Assembly: GCA_965200575.1 (NCBI GenBank)
Contig: OZ241363.1
Span: 2,391,131-2,455,130, forward strand
Source: Thermoanaerobaculia bacterium
GTDB lineage: Bacteria; Acidobacteriota; Thermoanaerobaculia; Multivoradales; Multivoraceae
Length of the DNA stretch: 64,000 nt
Direction of reading: 5' to 3'
Shown: piece by piece, positions 35,669 through 45,842 of the stretch
Numbering within the stretch: the first letter of the stretch is position 1
Layout: each line of letters begins with the position of its first letter
The notes under the pieces: generated by a model
Seen by the model: the letters and a program-made list of their open reading frames with translations, nothing else
Databases searched by the model: none
What the model was told of the DNA's origin: nothing
Translations under genes and position numbers: made by a program

Positions 35669-37999
35669 TTGCCGGAGAAGCGGCAGCCGACGGCGCCGAC
35701 GGCCATCGCGACGCGCGCGGCGGTGCTGACGGCGCTGATCGCCGACGTGACGCTTGCGAGCACGGTGCTGGCGGGCCTCGTGGTCGGGAACGCCGCGGCG
35801 GTCGCCCATGCCGCGCCGCAGCCGCTCCAGCAGCCGCGCGGCGCCGAAGCGGACGACACGTACCGGCGCGGCCTGGAGCTCGCGTTCCGATCGCTCGCCA
35901 GCGGCAGCGACGGCGCCGAGGACGCGCGGACTGCCCGGCTCGCCGCGCTTCACGTCCCGGCGGGGACGCCGCCGAGCCCGTACCTTGCCCCCGGCCCCTT
36001 CGAGGCGACCTTTCGCGGCGCCGTCAGGCTCGACCTGAACGATTCGTTCCGCTTCGCCGTCCGCGGCACGGGCAGCGTCCGGCTGAGCATCGGCGGCGCG
36101 GTCGTGCTCGACCGGCGTCGTCTGCCAGAGGGCGACGAGCCGTCAACGACCGAGGCCGAAGTCCGCCTGCGCAAGGGTCTGAACCCGTTCGAGCTGGTCT
36201 ACCGGTCGCCCGGCAGCGGCGACGCCTCGCTGCGCCTTTCCTGGAGCAACGACTACCTGCCCGAGGAGCCGCTACCGCCGAACCTCCTCCGGCATGCCGG
36301 CTCCGCCGCGCTGGAGCGGGGCCGTCAGCGGCGAGCGGACCGGGACCAGGTCGCACGCGCGATGTGCATTCGCTGCCATCCTGCGGCAGGTCCACCAGCC
36401 GGCGAGTCGCCCGAACCGCAGCCGCACATGCCGGAAGTCGCCGATGGAGCGCCCGCGCTCGACGGCGTCGGGGCCCGGCTGCGCGCCGACTGGATTGCGG
36501 AGTGGCTGCTGGAACCGCGCTCGCTTCGCCCCGGGGCGCGCATGCCGAGCCTGCTCTCCAACGAACCCGGCGAAGCGCGGCAGCAGGCAGCGGACCTCGC
36601 CGCCTGGCTCATCGGCCTCGCGGGCAGGCAGGCAGGCCCTGGGCCGGCAGCGGGCGATCAGGCGGCAGGCAGAGACGCGCGCGCCGCCGCGAACGGTGCA
36701 CCGCCCGCGCGACCGACCGCCGAGCAGGTCGTTCTCGGCAGGCGCGTCTACGCCACGGTCGGCTGCGTGGCCTGCCACGGCGATGCCAGCTCGCCGCCCC
36801 GAAGCGAGCGAGCGCCACGGCTTGTCGCGGACCGGGACCGGCCCCTGGACCTCAACCGCAAGTGGCGGCAGCAAGCGCTGGCGACGTGGCTGACCAGCGG
36901 ACCGGCAGCGCTCGGCGCCCCTCATCCGCAGGTCGACCCCGACGAGGCCGCGGTCCTGGCGGCGTACCTGCTCCACACCGAAGCAGCGGCCGAAGACGCT
37001 CGTCCAAGCACCGCCGACCTTCCCGCTGGCGACCCGGAGCAAGGCAAACGCCTCGCCGAACCCCTGCGCTGCCTGGCCTGCCACTCGCTGCGCGGCAGCC
37101 AGCCCCCGCCCAGCGCCACCCCGCTCGCCCGGCTCGACTTGAGCCAGCGGGTCTGGACCGCCGCCGCAACTGCCTCGAAGGAGTCGACCCATCCGCGCCA
37201 CGATCTGACGCCGGCCGAGGAGTCTGCCATCGAGCGGGCGCTCGCCGCGGACCGGGCCTCCTTCGAGCGACTGGTTCCCGCCGAGTATGCGGAGCGGCAG
37301 CTCGGGTCGAGCGGCTGCCTGGCGTGCCACGGACGCGACGGCGAGCCGGCGGCATGGACGGCGCCGGGAGCGTCACCCGGCAGCGGTCCGGAAGCGGACG
37401 ACTCGGTGGGAGACTTCTTCGGGGACGCCCCGCAGGGCGGGGGCGACGGCCCGGACCACGCACCGCCGGACCTGACCTGGGCAGGCGAGAAGCTGCGGAA
37501 CGACTGGCTCGCGAGCTACCTGGGAGGCCGGACGGACGATCGGCCGAGACCGCACCTGGTGGCGCGAATGCCCGCTTTCCCCGACCACGCCGCGCACCTG
37601 GCCGCCGGCCTGCACCACCAGCACGGCCTGGCCGCCAGCCGGCCGGCCGGCCGGGAAGACGCGGCGGACACCGCCGACCTGGCCGAGATCGGACGCGACC
37701 TGATCCAGGCCGACCGCCTGGGCTGCCGGACCTGCCACGCTGTCGGCAGCGAGCCGGCGCTGGGCGGCGAAGGATCGGTCGAGACGGTCGATCTCGCGCT
37801 CGCCAGGCGCCGACTGCGGCGGCCCTGGTTCGACCGCTTCCTGCGCGACCCGGCGCGCATGCTGCCGGGCACGAAGATGCCCCGTTTCGTGGACGAGTAC
37901 GGCTACACGTCGCTCTTCGACGTCCTGGACGGCGAGGCGACGAGACAGTTCGACGCCATCTGGCACTTCCTCGGCAGCCTCGACGGTTTGCCCGACTGA
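35669..37999 (+). CDS. Pentaheme c-type cytochrome with an N-terminal beta-sandwich region
   Basis: It has five CXXCH motifs: CIRCH, CVACHG, CLACHS, CLACHG and CRTCHA. The start is uncertain; TTG 35669 and GTG 35723 are both candidates. It follows the propeller protein on the same strand. Confidence 0.6.
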   Translation: MPEKRQPTAPTAIATRAAVLTALIADVTLASTVLAGLVVGNAAAVAHAAPQPLQQPRGAEADDTYRRGLELAFRSLASGSDGAEDARTARLAALHVPAGTPPSPYLAPGPFEATFRGAVRLDLNDSFRFAVRGTGSVRLSIGGAVVLDRRRLPEGDEPSTTEAEVRLRKGLNPFELVYRSPGSGDASLRLSWSNDYLPEEPLPPNLLRHAGSAALERGRQRRADRDQVARAMCIRCHPAAGPPAGESPEPQPHMPEVADGAPALDGVGARLRADWIAEWLLEPRSLRPGARMPSLLSNEPGEARQQAADLAAWLIGLAGRQAGPGPAAGDQAAGRDARAAANGAPPARPTAEQVVLGRRVYATVGCVACHGDASSPPRSERAPRLVADRDRPLDLNRKWRQQALATWLTSGPAALGAPHPQVDPDEAAVLAAYLLHTEAAAEDARPSTADLPAGDPEQGKRLAEPLRCLACHSLRGSQPPPSATPLARLDLSQRVWTAAATASKESTHPRHDLTPAEESAIERALAADRASFERLVPAEYAERQLGSSGCLACHGRDGEPAAWTAPGASPGSGPEADDSVGDFFGDAPQGGGDGPDHAPPDLTWAGEKLRNDWLASYLGGRTDDRPRPHLVARMPAFPDHAAHLAAGLHHQHGLAASRPAGREDAADTADLAEIGRDLIQADRLGCRTCHAVGSEPALGGEGSVETVDLALARRRLRRPWFDRFLRDPARMLPGTKMPRFVDEYGYTSLFDVLDGEATRQFDAIWHFLGSLDGLPD

Positions 38000-38209
38000 G
38001 TCAGGCTGCGCGCTGGCCAGCGGGCCGGCGCAGTGAGCACCAGCTGCAGCGCCCTCATGCCGTATCCTGCAGGGCCTCGTCCAGCTCGTCCTGGCCGTGC
38101 CGGCCGCACGCTGCATCCGCGACCGGCACGGCTGGCGCCTGCCTCCCCTGGCTGCCTGGTTCAACGAGACCCGATGCCGGGTGGCCACGCAGTGCCGGGG
38201 CCAGCTGGC

Positions 38210-38914
38210 TCACCGCGCCGCCTGGCAGCGCGCGAACTCGGCGCCGACGTCGGGCAGGTCGTCCTCGAGCAGGGGCAGCGAATCGAGCGCCGGGCCGTCG
38301 GCGTACTTCGGGTCGCGCAGCCGGGCGGCGAGGTTCGAGAACGTGGTGACGAGCGTCTTCGCGACCCGGGGGGTCACCACCCTCGTGCCCAGGCCGAAGG
38401 GCGGCTGCGGATCGCTCACCGTCTCCTGGACGACCTCGATCATCCCGGCCTCCTCGCCCGGCGACACGAACCAGCGAGAGCGCATGCACAGCACCCGCTT
38501 GCCGCGCTCGTCCGGCTCGCGATCGTCGGCGCCCACCGTGTCGTTGATCGCGCGGCCGTCCGCCGTGCGCCACCAGACGGCGCGGTTCAGGGTCACGCGA
38601 CGGCTGATGCCCGAGCCGGAGACCCGCTGGCGCAGCGTGTCCCGGAGGCTCCCCTCAGGGGTCGCGGCCCTGGCGGTCTCGCTGGTACACATCGCCTGCC
38701 AGTCCGGACAGGCGTCCGCGTCGTCGAGCAAGGCGATCATGGCAGGGATCGTGCCCTCCACTACGGTGCGGGCACGCACCAGCGGATAGTCGGCGCCCTC
38801 GATGGGGCAGGACTCCGCCGTCACGCCCGCCTCGTCTTCGAGCAGCGTGCAGCCCGGCGACGTCTGAGCAACGGGCAGCGCGGCCAGGAGGGCGGTCGCG
38901 GCCGTCAGCAGCAT
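38210..38914 (-). CDS. Hypothetical secreted protein
   Basis: 235 aa with a signal peptide (MLLTAATALLAALPVAQ). A GGAGGA ribosome-binding site is present. Its start overlaps the stop of the upstream PQQ gene by 10 nt. Confidence 0.45.
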   Translation of the reverse strand: MLLTAATALLAALPVAQTSPGCTLLEDEAGVTAESCPIEGADYPLVRARTVVEGTIPAMIALLDDADACPDWQAMCTSETARAATPEGSLRDTLRQRVSGSGISRRVTLNRAVWWRTADGRAINDTVGADDREPDERGKRVLCMRSRWFVSPGEEAGMIEVVQETVSDPQPPFGLGTRVVTPRVAKTLVTTFSNLAARLRDPKYADGPALDSLPLLEDDLPDVGAEFARCQAAR

Positions 38915-40941
38915 GCATCCTCCGGCAGGGCGAACGCGATCAACTCGTCGGGAATCCGGCGCTCGCGGGCGCCGCCGGCGGCGATGACGATGTACTGCCT
39001 GCCTTCGTGCATGTAGGTCATGGGCGGGCCGTGAAGCCAGACGTCCGTCTCCACCTCCGCCACCACCTTCCCGGTCGCCTTGTCGTAGGCGCGCAGGAGA
39101 CCGCCCTTGCTGGTACGCGGGTTCTCCCTGTCCGGCAGGGCCAGGAAGCCGACAAGGAGCGTGCGGGTCACCAGCAGGCCGCCGTCTGCCGGCATGCCGA
39201 TGTAGCGGGTTCCCATGTCGCCGAGGTTCAGGTGCGCGATGGCGGGGTGGTCCTTCGGACCGGGCCCGACCGGGACGCGCCACAGGTGCTCGCCGCGGTT
39301 CATGTCGATGGCGGTGATCGTCCGGTACGGCGGCCTGGTCAGGGGCAGGCCCTGCGGACCGGCGGAATCGACGTAATCGATCACGTAGCGCCAGTCGGGC
39401 CGCCTAGCCGCATCCGGTTCGATCAGGGCCATGCCCACCGGCCGATTCTGCGACTCGACGAACAGCACGCCGGCCAAAGGGTCCACCGAGGCGCCGGGGT
39501 GGTTCGCGCCGCCGGCGGCGCCGGGCACGACCAGCACGCCCTCCTTGCCGCCCTCGCCCCTTCTGATCAGCGGTGGGAACATCGGCGCCAGGACGAGCTT
39601 CTCGGCGATCCGAAGCGCTTCCTCCCGCAGTTCCGGCGTCCAGTCGATCAGGTCGTCCTCGCTGACGCCCTGCACCTCGAAGGGCGGCGGCCTGGTCGGA
39701 AACGGCTGCGTCTCGGCCAGCTTCTCGCCCGGCACGGTCGACCGGTGGTTGACGGGCCGGTCCTCGATCGGCCAGACCTGCTCTCCGGTAGCCCGGTCGA
39801 ACACGTAGGTGAAGCCGGTCTTGGAGACCTGGGCCACGGCCTTGATCAGGCGGCCCTCGACCACGATGTCCATCAGGTTCGGCGCCGAAGCGATGTCGTA
39901 GTCCCAGATGCCGTGGCGGACGGTCTGGAAGTGCCACACGCGCTCCCCGGTCTCGGCGTCGACGCACACCAGGCTCTCGGCGAACAGGTTGTCGCCCGGG
40001 CGGTCGGCGCCGTAGTAGTCGTTCGACGGCGTGCTGGTCGGCAGGTAGACGTACCCCAGCTCGTGGTCGGCGCTCATCGAGGTCCACACGTTCGCGTTGC
40101 CGGCCGTGCGCCAGGACTCGTCTTCCCAGGTCTCGACCCCGTACTCGTCGTCCCGCGGGATGGTGTTGAAGCGCCACTTGAACTCGCCCGTGTGGACGTC
40201 GTAGGCGCGCACGTGCCCCGGCGGCGCGTCGCTGCGGATCGAGTAGTCGAAGATCTTGGAACCGACGATCACGCTCGTGCCGACCACGATGGGCGGAGCG
40301 CCGTGGGTGATGTGGCGGATCGAGTAATCGCCCGGCCCCAGGTCCTGCGCCAGGTCGACGATGCCGTCCTCGCCGAACTCCCGGTCGGCCAGGCCCGTGC
40401 GGGCATCGATGGAGACCAGCTGCCGCCCGATCGTGGCCACGAACAGCCGTTCCTTCTCGCCGTCCGACCAGTACTCGATCCCGCGGGCGCCGACCGGACG
40501 CATCGTGGTGCCGCCGCGCTCCCACGTCTTCGGGTTGTACACCCACTCCTGCTCCCCGGTGGCCGGGTCGAGCAGCGCGACCTGGCCCAGGCTGGTGGGC
40601 GCGAACAGGCGACCGCCGATCATCAGCGGCACGGAGCGGTAGAACCCGGTGTCGTAGCCGGGCAGGAGGTCGAGCGGCACGTCGTGGTCCGCCGAACGCC
40701 ACCGCCAGGCGATCCGGAGCTTGTCGAAGTTCGACCCGTCGATCTGCGCGAGCGGCGAGTAGCGGCTCGACGCATGGTCGCCGCCGTGGTGCCGCCATTC
40801 GCCATGGGGAGACTGGCCGTGAGGAGCACTGCCGCCCCCGTCGCCGAACGCAGCGGCGGCGCCGAACGCAGCGGCAACTCCGAACGCCGGCACGAACAGA
40901 ACGACCAGGCGCCGCGCCATGTTTCGGACCACCGGACTCAC
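38905..40941 (-). CDS. PQQ-dependent dehydrogenase, glucose/quinate dehydrogenase family (periplasmic), paralog A
   Basis: 678 aa propeller with WxxxGxxxS-like repeats. It is homologous to 52777..54852. Confidence 0.7.
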   Translation of the reverse strand: MSPVVRNMARRLVVLFVPAFGVAAAFGAAAAFGDGGGSAPHGQSPHGEWRHHGGDHASSRYSPLAQIDGSNFDKLRIAWRWRSADHDVPLDLLPGYDTGFYRSVPLMIGGRLFAPTSLGQVALLDPATGEQEWVYNPKTWERGGTTMRPVGARGIEYWSDGEKERLFVATIGRQLVSIDARTGLADREFGEDGIVDLAQDLGPGDYSIRHITHGAPPIVVGTSVIVGSKIFDYSIRSDAPPGHVRAYDVHTGEFKWRFNTIPRDDEYGVETWEDESWRTAGNANVWTSMSADHELGYVYLPTSTPSNDYYGADRPGDNLFAESLVCVDAETGERVWHFQTVRHGIWDYDIASAPNLMDIVVEGRLIKAVAQVSKTGFTYVFDRATGEQVWPIEDRPVNHRSTVPGEKLAETQPFPTRPPPFEVQGVSEDDLIDWTPELREEALRIAEKLVLAPMFPPLIRRGEGGKEGVLVVPGAAGGANHPGASVDPLAGVLFVESQNRPVGMALIEPDAARRPDWRYVIDYVDSAGPQGLPLTRPPYRTITAIDMNRGEHLWRVPVGPGPKDHPAIAHLNLGDMGTRYIGMPADGGLLVTRTLLVGFLALPDRENPRTSKGGLLRAYDKATGKVVAEVETDVWLHGPPMTYMHEGRQYIVIAAGGARERRIPDELIAFALPEDACC

Positions 40942-41002
40942 ACTGCTAACCTAGCACCACGTTCAGCAGCACGATGCCCACGACCGCAGAGGACCGTCAC
41001 AA

Positions 41003-42340
41003 ATGTCCGAGTCCCGATTGAGCCGACGCAGCATGCTCGGCGCCGCTGCCGCCGGCGCCGGATGGATGATCGTTCCCCGTCACGTCCTGGGCCGCGGCGA
41101 GACGGCGCCCAGCGACCGGCTCAACGTCGCGGCCGTGGGCGCCGGCGGCAAGGGCCGCAGCGACGTGGAAGGCGTCGCCAGCGAGAACATCGTCGCGCTC
41201 TGCGACATCGACTGGAAGCGCGCCGAGACGACGATGGCCGCCCACCCGGATGCCAGGCGCTACCACGACTACCGCGAGATGCTCGACGCGCACGACGAGC
41301 TCGACGCGGTGCTCGTTTCGACCGCCGATCACACCCACGCGGTGATCACCACGGCCGCCCTTGCGCGCGGCCTGCACGTCTTCACCCAGAAGCCGCTGAC
41401 GCGGACGATCTCGGAGGCGCGGATGGTCGGCGAAGCGGCTCGCAAGGCCGGCACGGCCACGCAGATGGGCAACCAGGGCCACGCCGCGGAGGGAGCGCGG
41501 CTGATCCGCGAGTGGATCGAGGCCGGCGTGATCGGCGAGGTGGACCGGGTCGAGTACTGGACAAACCGACCGATCTGGCCGCAGGCGATCAAGCGCCCGG
41601 AGGAGGTCCACCCGGTTCCCGAGCATGTCGCGTGGGACCTCTGGCTGGGTCCGATGAAGGAGCGTCCCTGGCACCCGGACTACTACCATCCCTTCAACTG
41701 GCGCGGCTGGTGGGACTTCGGCACCGGCGCCATCGGCGACATCGCCTGCCACGCGATGGACGCCGCCTTCTGGATCTTCGACCTCCGGGACCCGTCATCG
41801 GTCCACGCCGAATCCACCGCCCTCTTCAGCGAGACGGCGCCCGCCGCCACCCGGATCACCTTCGAGTACCCGGCACGCGGCGACCGACCGAAGATGACGG
41901 TGGTCTGGCGCGACGGCAACCTCAGGCCTCCCAAGCCCGTGGCCTTCGACGGCGGGCGCTGGCCGACCGGCGCCAGCGGCCAGCTCTTCGTGGGCACACA
42001 AGGCATCATCGTCGCCGACATCTACTCCGGCAAGCCGACGATCTACCCGACGAAGCTGCACGAGAAGATCGCCGCCAACCCCCTGCCTCAGGCGTACGAG
42101 CGCACCGAAGGCCACTACAAGCAGTGGCTCGACGCGATCAGGGCGGGCACGACGAACCCGGACGGCTCGAACTTCGCCGACCACGCGGGGCCGATGACCG
42201 AGACCGCCCTGCTTGGCAACCTCGCCGTCCGCACGCAGCAGGAGATCGTCTGGGACCCGAAGACGATGACGGTCACGAACGGCGTGGACGTGCCGCGGGA
42301 GTACATCCAGCCCACCTACCGGGACGGCTGGTCGCTGTAG
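41003..42340 (+). CDS. Gfo/Idh/MocA-family oxidoreductase with TAT signal
   Basis: The N-terminus has a twin-arginine motif (SRRSMLGAAAAGAG). A Rossmann segment VGAGGKG and the typical Gfo/Idh/MocA C-terminal domain follow. Confidence 0.75.
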   Translation: MSESRLSRRSMLGAAAAGAGWMIVPRHVLGRGETAPSDRLNVAAVGAGGKGRSDVEGVASENIVALCDIDWKRAETTMAAHPDARRYHDYREMLDAHDELDAVLVSTADHTHAVITTAALARGLHVFTQKPLTRTISEARMVGEAARKAGTATQMGNQGHAAEGARLIREWIEAGVIGEVDRVEYWTNRPIWPQAIKRPEEVHPVPEHVAWDLWLGPMKERPWHPDYYHPFNWRGWWDFGTGAIGDIACHAMDAAFWIFDLRDPSSVHAESTALFSETAPAATRITFEYPARGDRPKMTVVWRDGNLRPPKPVAFDGGRWPTGASGQLFVGTQGIIVADIYSGKPTIYPTKLHEKIAANPLPQAYERTEGHYKQWLDAIRAGTTNPDGSNFADHAGPMTETALLGNLAVRTQQEIVWDPKTMTVTNGVDVPREYIQPTYRDGWSL

Positions 42341-42445
42341 CCCGGCGCACACCTGATCGCAACCGGCCAGCAGACACTGGTCTGTCCGTCGACGTGGCGC
42401 CGTCGACGTGGCGCCGAGGCCGAGTGCGGACGCGCTACGTCTGCT

Positions 42446-42547
42446 CCAGGCTCATCTGCTCCGGACGCATCGCTGCTCAGGGCTCATGGCTGCTCCGGGC
42501 TCATGGCTGCTCCGGGCTGATCGCTGCTACGGGCTCATCGCTGGGCA
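42446..42547. repeat. Intergenic tandem repeat, six copies of about 17 bp (consensus GGGCTCATGGCTGCTCC)
   Basis: The units start at 42446, 42463, 42480, 42497, 42514 and 42531. Copies 3 and 4 are identical and the others diverge. The array lies between two convergent genes. Confidence 0.7.
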
Positions 42548-42794
42548 GCTTCCGCGCCACTTCGTCCGCGGCTGCACGCCGCTGCCACCCCGCAGCCGCG
42601 GTGCGGCATGCGCGATCCGCCAGAGCCGACGCAGAGCTTCCGGTCAACCCTGCGGGTGAACCGCCGCTCCGCCCCCGGCGGAGCTGCATCGCCCCTGGTC
42701 CAATGACTGCGACGCGCTGACTTCCACCTGCTGACTTCGACCCGGCGCGGCGCCGGGGCGTCCGCCGGCACCGCGAGCCTGCCCGAAGGAGCCT

Positions 42795-43154
42795 CTACCG
42801 GAGGGAGTTCAGGGCGGCTTTCCGATCCGCCACGATGTCGACGATCTGACTGAAGCCGCTGATCTGGAACAGCTCGTGCACCTCGTCGTTCAGACCGCAA
42901 ATGACGAACTTCCCGTTCTTGGACTGCATCGCCCTGGCGACCAACAGCACGACGCGCAGACCTGCACTGCTCATGTACTGAGTGCTGCTCAGGTCAAGCA
43001 CCAGCTTGCGAGCGCCGTTCGCGATCGACTCGGTCGTGGCCTCCTGCAAGTCCGGCGAGCTGACCGCATCAACGCGCCCCTCGGGCGCCCAGACTTCCAC
43101 GTCGCCCAGCTTGGTCGGCTTCACCGTAGAACCTCCGATCTTGCTCATCGTCAC
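42795..43154 (-). CDS. STAS-domain anti-sigma-factor antagonist (SpoIIAA-like)
   Basis: 119 aa. A phosphorylatable Ser sits in DLSSTQYMSSAGLRVVL. The STAS fold is present. Confidence 0.7.
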   Translation of the reverse strand: MTMSKIGGSTVKPTKLGDVEVWAPEGRVDAVSSPDLQEATTESIANGARKLVLDLSSTQYMSSAGLRVVLLVARAMQSKNGKFVICGLNDEVHELFQISGFSQIVDIVADRKAALNSLR

Positions 43155-43201
43155 GCCAACTCCTTCTCCCTCAGCGTCGCAGTGGAACGCGCCCGAGCGT
43201 A

Positions 43202-43879
43202 TCAGTAAAACGGATGATGGGCCGTTGCGGTTGCCGCGGCGATGTCCTGAACCGACTTCTGAATCGCCCGACCCATCGCCTGGCCGATGAGGTCGAATCC
43301 TCGCACCAGCTCGATTCTCGCAGCCACCTGCCGCAGCTCCTGTGGACTCAGAATCACCGGAAACGCATCCGAGGCATCCGCCAGAGTGATGAGGGCGACG
43401 TCCCTGGGCGCCGGAATCCGGTCGCTCAGGAGGACATCGAGAATCCGCAGCTTGACCTCGCGCTCACCGGTGTTGTCCACGACCGGATAGCGCCGACTGC
43501 CGAACATCGACAGGAAGCGCCGGTTCTCGACCCGCAGCACTCCGCGTTCGACCAGCCGCTCGAGCGCGGCCTCCTGCACTTCCTTGCCGCGCGCCGACAA
43601 CCGCACCACCCAGGCGGCCGGGTCGGCTTCCTCGGTGGAGGCGGCGATCTCGGCCAGCGACTCGTCCAGGATCGGCTCGCCCACCGGCGTCGCGTCCGCT
43701 ACCAGGAGCTTGTGCAGGTCGCAGTCCAGCCGCCCCCGAAGCGCCAGATCCATGAGGATCGCTCCCGCCAGGAGGAGCTCCATGACGTTGGGCGCGACCC
43801 GCTTCATGGTGCCGGTCTCGTCATCCAGCAGCAGGAGAAGGATCTCCTCCACGAAGGTCAACTGCGGCGCTTCACTCAC
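43202..43879 (-). CDS. GPP34 (GOLPH3/VPS74-like) family protein
   Basis: 225 aa. The N-terminus LTFVEEILLLLLDDETG and the overall pattern are typical of the GPP34 family. Confidence 0.65.
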   Translation of the reverse strand: MSEAPQLTFVEEILLLLLDDETGTMKRVAPNVMELLLAGAILMDLALRGRLDCDLHKLLVADATPVGEPILDESLAEIAASTEEADPAAWVVRLSARGKEVQEAALERLVERGVLRVENRRFLSMFGSRRYPVVDNTGEREVKLRILDVLLSDRIPAPRDVALITLADASDAFPVILSPQELRQVAARIELVRGFDLIGQAMGRAIQKSVQDIAAATATAHHPFY

Positions 43880-44753
43880 CTGCTGGGCTCCGTGCCTCCG
43901 ATCGCGAAGGCGTCCTGGTTCGCGTGCGGATCATGGAGCGCCAATCGTAGCAGGCCGGCGGTCCTTGCGGCGGCCGAAGGACGCCGCGGGGGTCGAGGGC
44001 CGGCTGCGCCGGGTGGGGTTGGAGCAAGGCGCGGCGTCCGCGACCCGGCAAGCGGCGGCAGCCTGGAGGCTGGCCGAGTCGACCTCGTCGGCATTCGTCG
44101 ATTTGTCCCGGCTGACGATCACTGTCAGCACGTCGGTGTCGTGGTACTGCTGATGCTGCACCGAAGTCGAGAAGTGCCCCAGAATCCGCAGCGACAGTTC
44201 CTGCTCGACCGGCGCCGCAGCCTGGGGCCCATCACCACCAGCCGATCCTCGATGTTCCCGTCGACGCAGGGCGCCGCGATGAACTCGAGCTCGGGGTCGT
44301 CGTGCTGAACCCGCGCGATGACCGGCAGGCAGCGAGCGCGGTCGTCGGCCCGCTCGCCGTCACCGCCCGCCAGGCTGAGCACCGCCTCCTCGCCGGCGGC
44401 GGCGATCCGGTCGGCGGCTTCGGTTCCCCAACGCGCTCTCCGCCTGCTTGCGCGAGAAACCGCCGACACGCGCACCGGAAGCCGCACCGAGCTCGACCTC
44501 GAACCGGCAGCGCCGCGACCCGGTCCACTCCTGGAAGGCCGTCAGTCAGATGACCGTCAGGCCGCCCGCGGTCCTGCCGTTGCCCAGGGTCGAACCTGCC
44601 CACTCGCCGAGCTGGTCGCCACGATGATCGCCGGCTTCAGCACGATGCCGGCGATGGTCAGGGCCGCGTACTGGAGGCCCATCAAGACCGCCAGGCGAGC
44701 CGGCGGTCGCTCGTCCGCCTGCCAGCGAATGCTGGCGGCTCACGGGCGACGTG

Positions 44754-45842
44754 TCAGTCCTGGTTGAGCGGGGCGTCCGCCCCCCAGGGGGAACTCTGGC
44801 CGGAGTAGACGGACGGCCCGGCCCGGAAGTGGGACGCCTCCTCGAGCGTCTCGACGAAAGGCATCCGGCGCGGGTATACGTCCTCGTCGGCCCGGGGACG
44901 CGGGCCGGCCTTGGAGACGTGGCCCCACAGCGGATGACCGACCACTTCCTCCGCGATCCAGACCGCCTCGATCAGCTTGTCCAGCCGGTAGCCGGTCTCG
45001 ATCCCCAGCTCGTGGCAGAAGTCCACGAAATCCTCCGTGGGCACATGCCCGGCGGCGCGGCCGTTGCCGCAGTACGGGCAGCCGCCCATGCCGCCGATCG
45101 ACGTGTCGAACTCGCGCACGCCCAGCTTCAGGGCCTCGTGGTAGCTGACCATCGCCGACCCGCGCGTGTTGTGCAGATGGCAGTGGAAGTCCACGATCTC
45201 GGGCCAGCGCTCGCGGATGGCCAGGATGGTCTCCCGCACCGTGTGCGGCATGTTCCAGCCCATCGCCTCGATGATCGAGCAGCGGGTCACCCGGAACCCC
45301 TGCTGGTGCCAGCGGTCGACCATGAGCGCAAGCAGGTCCATCCGCTGCTCGAGGGTGAACGCGCCCTCGAAGTTCGAGCCGAACGGGTTGCCGATGGCCA
45401 CGGCGCCCGACGTGGCGCCGCGCTCCCTGGCCATCTCGATGGCCGCGGGGATGCGCTCGATCTGCTGGGCCTGGGTGGCGTTGTAGTTCCGCCGGGCGAA
45501 GGTGTCGCACAGTTCCACGTGGGTGCCGATGCGCCTCTTCCTCACGTCCAGCTTGGGGTACCACCGGTCGGCGCGCTCGAACCCGTAGCGGTTGAAGATC
45601 GCCGCCGTGTAGCGCACGCCCGGCTTGGCCACGAAGCGCTCGGCGATCTCCTCGATGCACGCCATCTGCGGCGTCCACTTCGGGTGCGCCCAGGAGCCGA
45701 TGGAGATCACCTTCGCGCCGGTCTCGCCCAGCGCATCGAGCAGCCGGAGCTTCTGTTCGACCGGGATGTCCGCACTCTCGATCTGCAGGCCTTCCCGCAT
45801 CGTGTCGTCGGTGATGATCACCGACTTCGGCAACTGTCCCAC
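44754..45842 (-). CDS. HMG-CoA-lyase-like DRE-TIM metallolyase
   Basis: TMREGLQ, a His-x-His metal site (HCHLHNTRGSAM) and CPYCGNGR are present. Confidence 0.65.
   Translation of the reverse strand: MGQLPKSVIITDDTMREGLQIESADIPVEQKLRLLDALGETGAKVISIGSWAHPKWTPQMACIEEIAERFVAKPGVRYTAAIFNRYGFERADRWYPKLDVRKRRIGTHVELCDTFARRNYNATQAQQIERIPAAIEMARERGATSGAVAIGNPFGSNFEGAFTLEQRMDLLALMVDRWHQQGFRVTRCSIIEAMGWNMPHTVRETILAIRERWPEIVDFHCHLHNTRGSAMVSYHEALKLGVREFDTSIGGMGGCPYCGNGRAAGHVPTEDFVDFCHELGIETGYRLDKLIEAVWIAEEVVGHPLWGHVSKAGPRPRADEDVYPRRMPFVETLEEASHFRAGPSVYSGQSSPWGADAPLNQD

Noticed and set aside
39007-42720. 1237-aa ORF antisense to PQQ dehydrogenase A and the Gfo/Idh/MocA gene
   Set aside because: It is antisense to two genes with clear family motifs and is compositionally biased.
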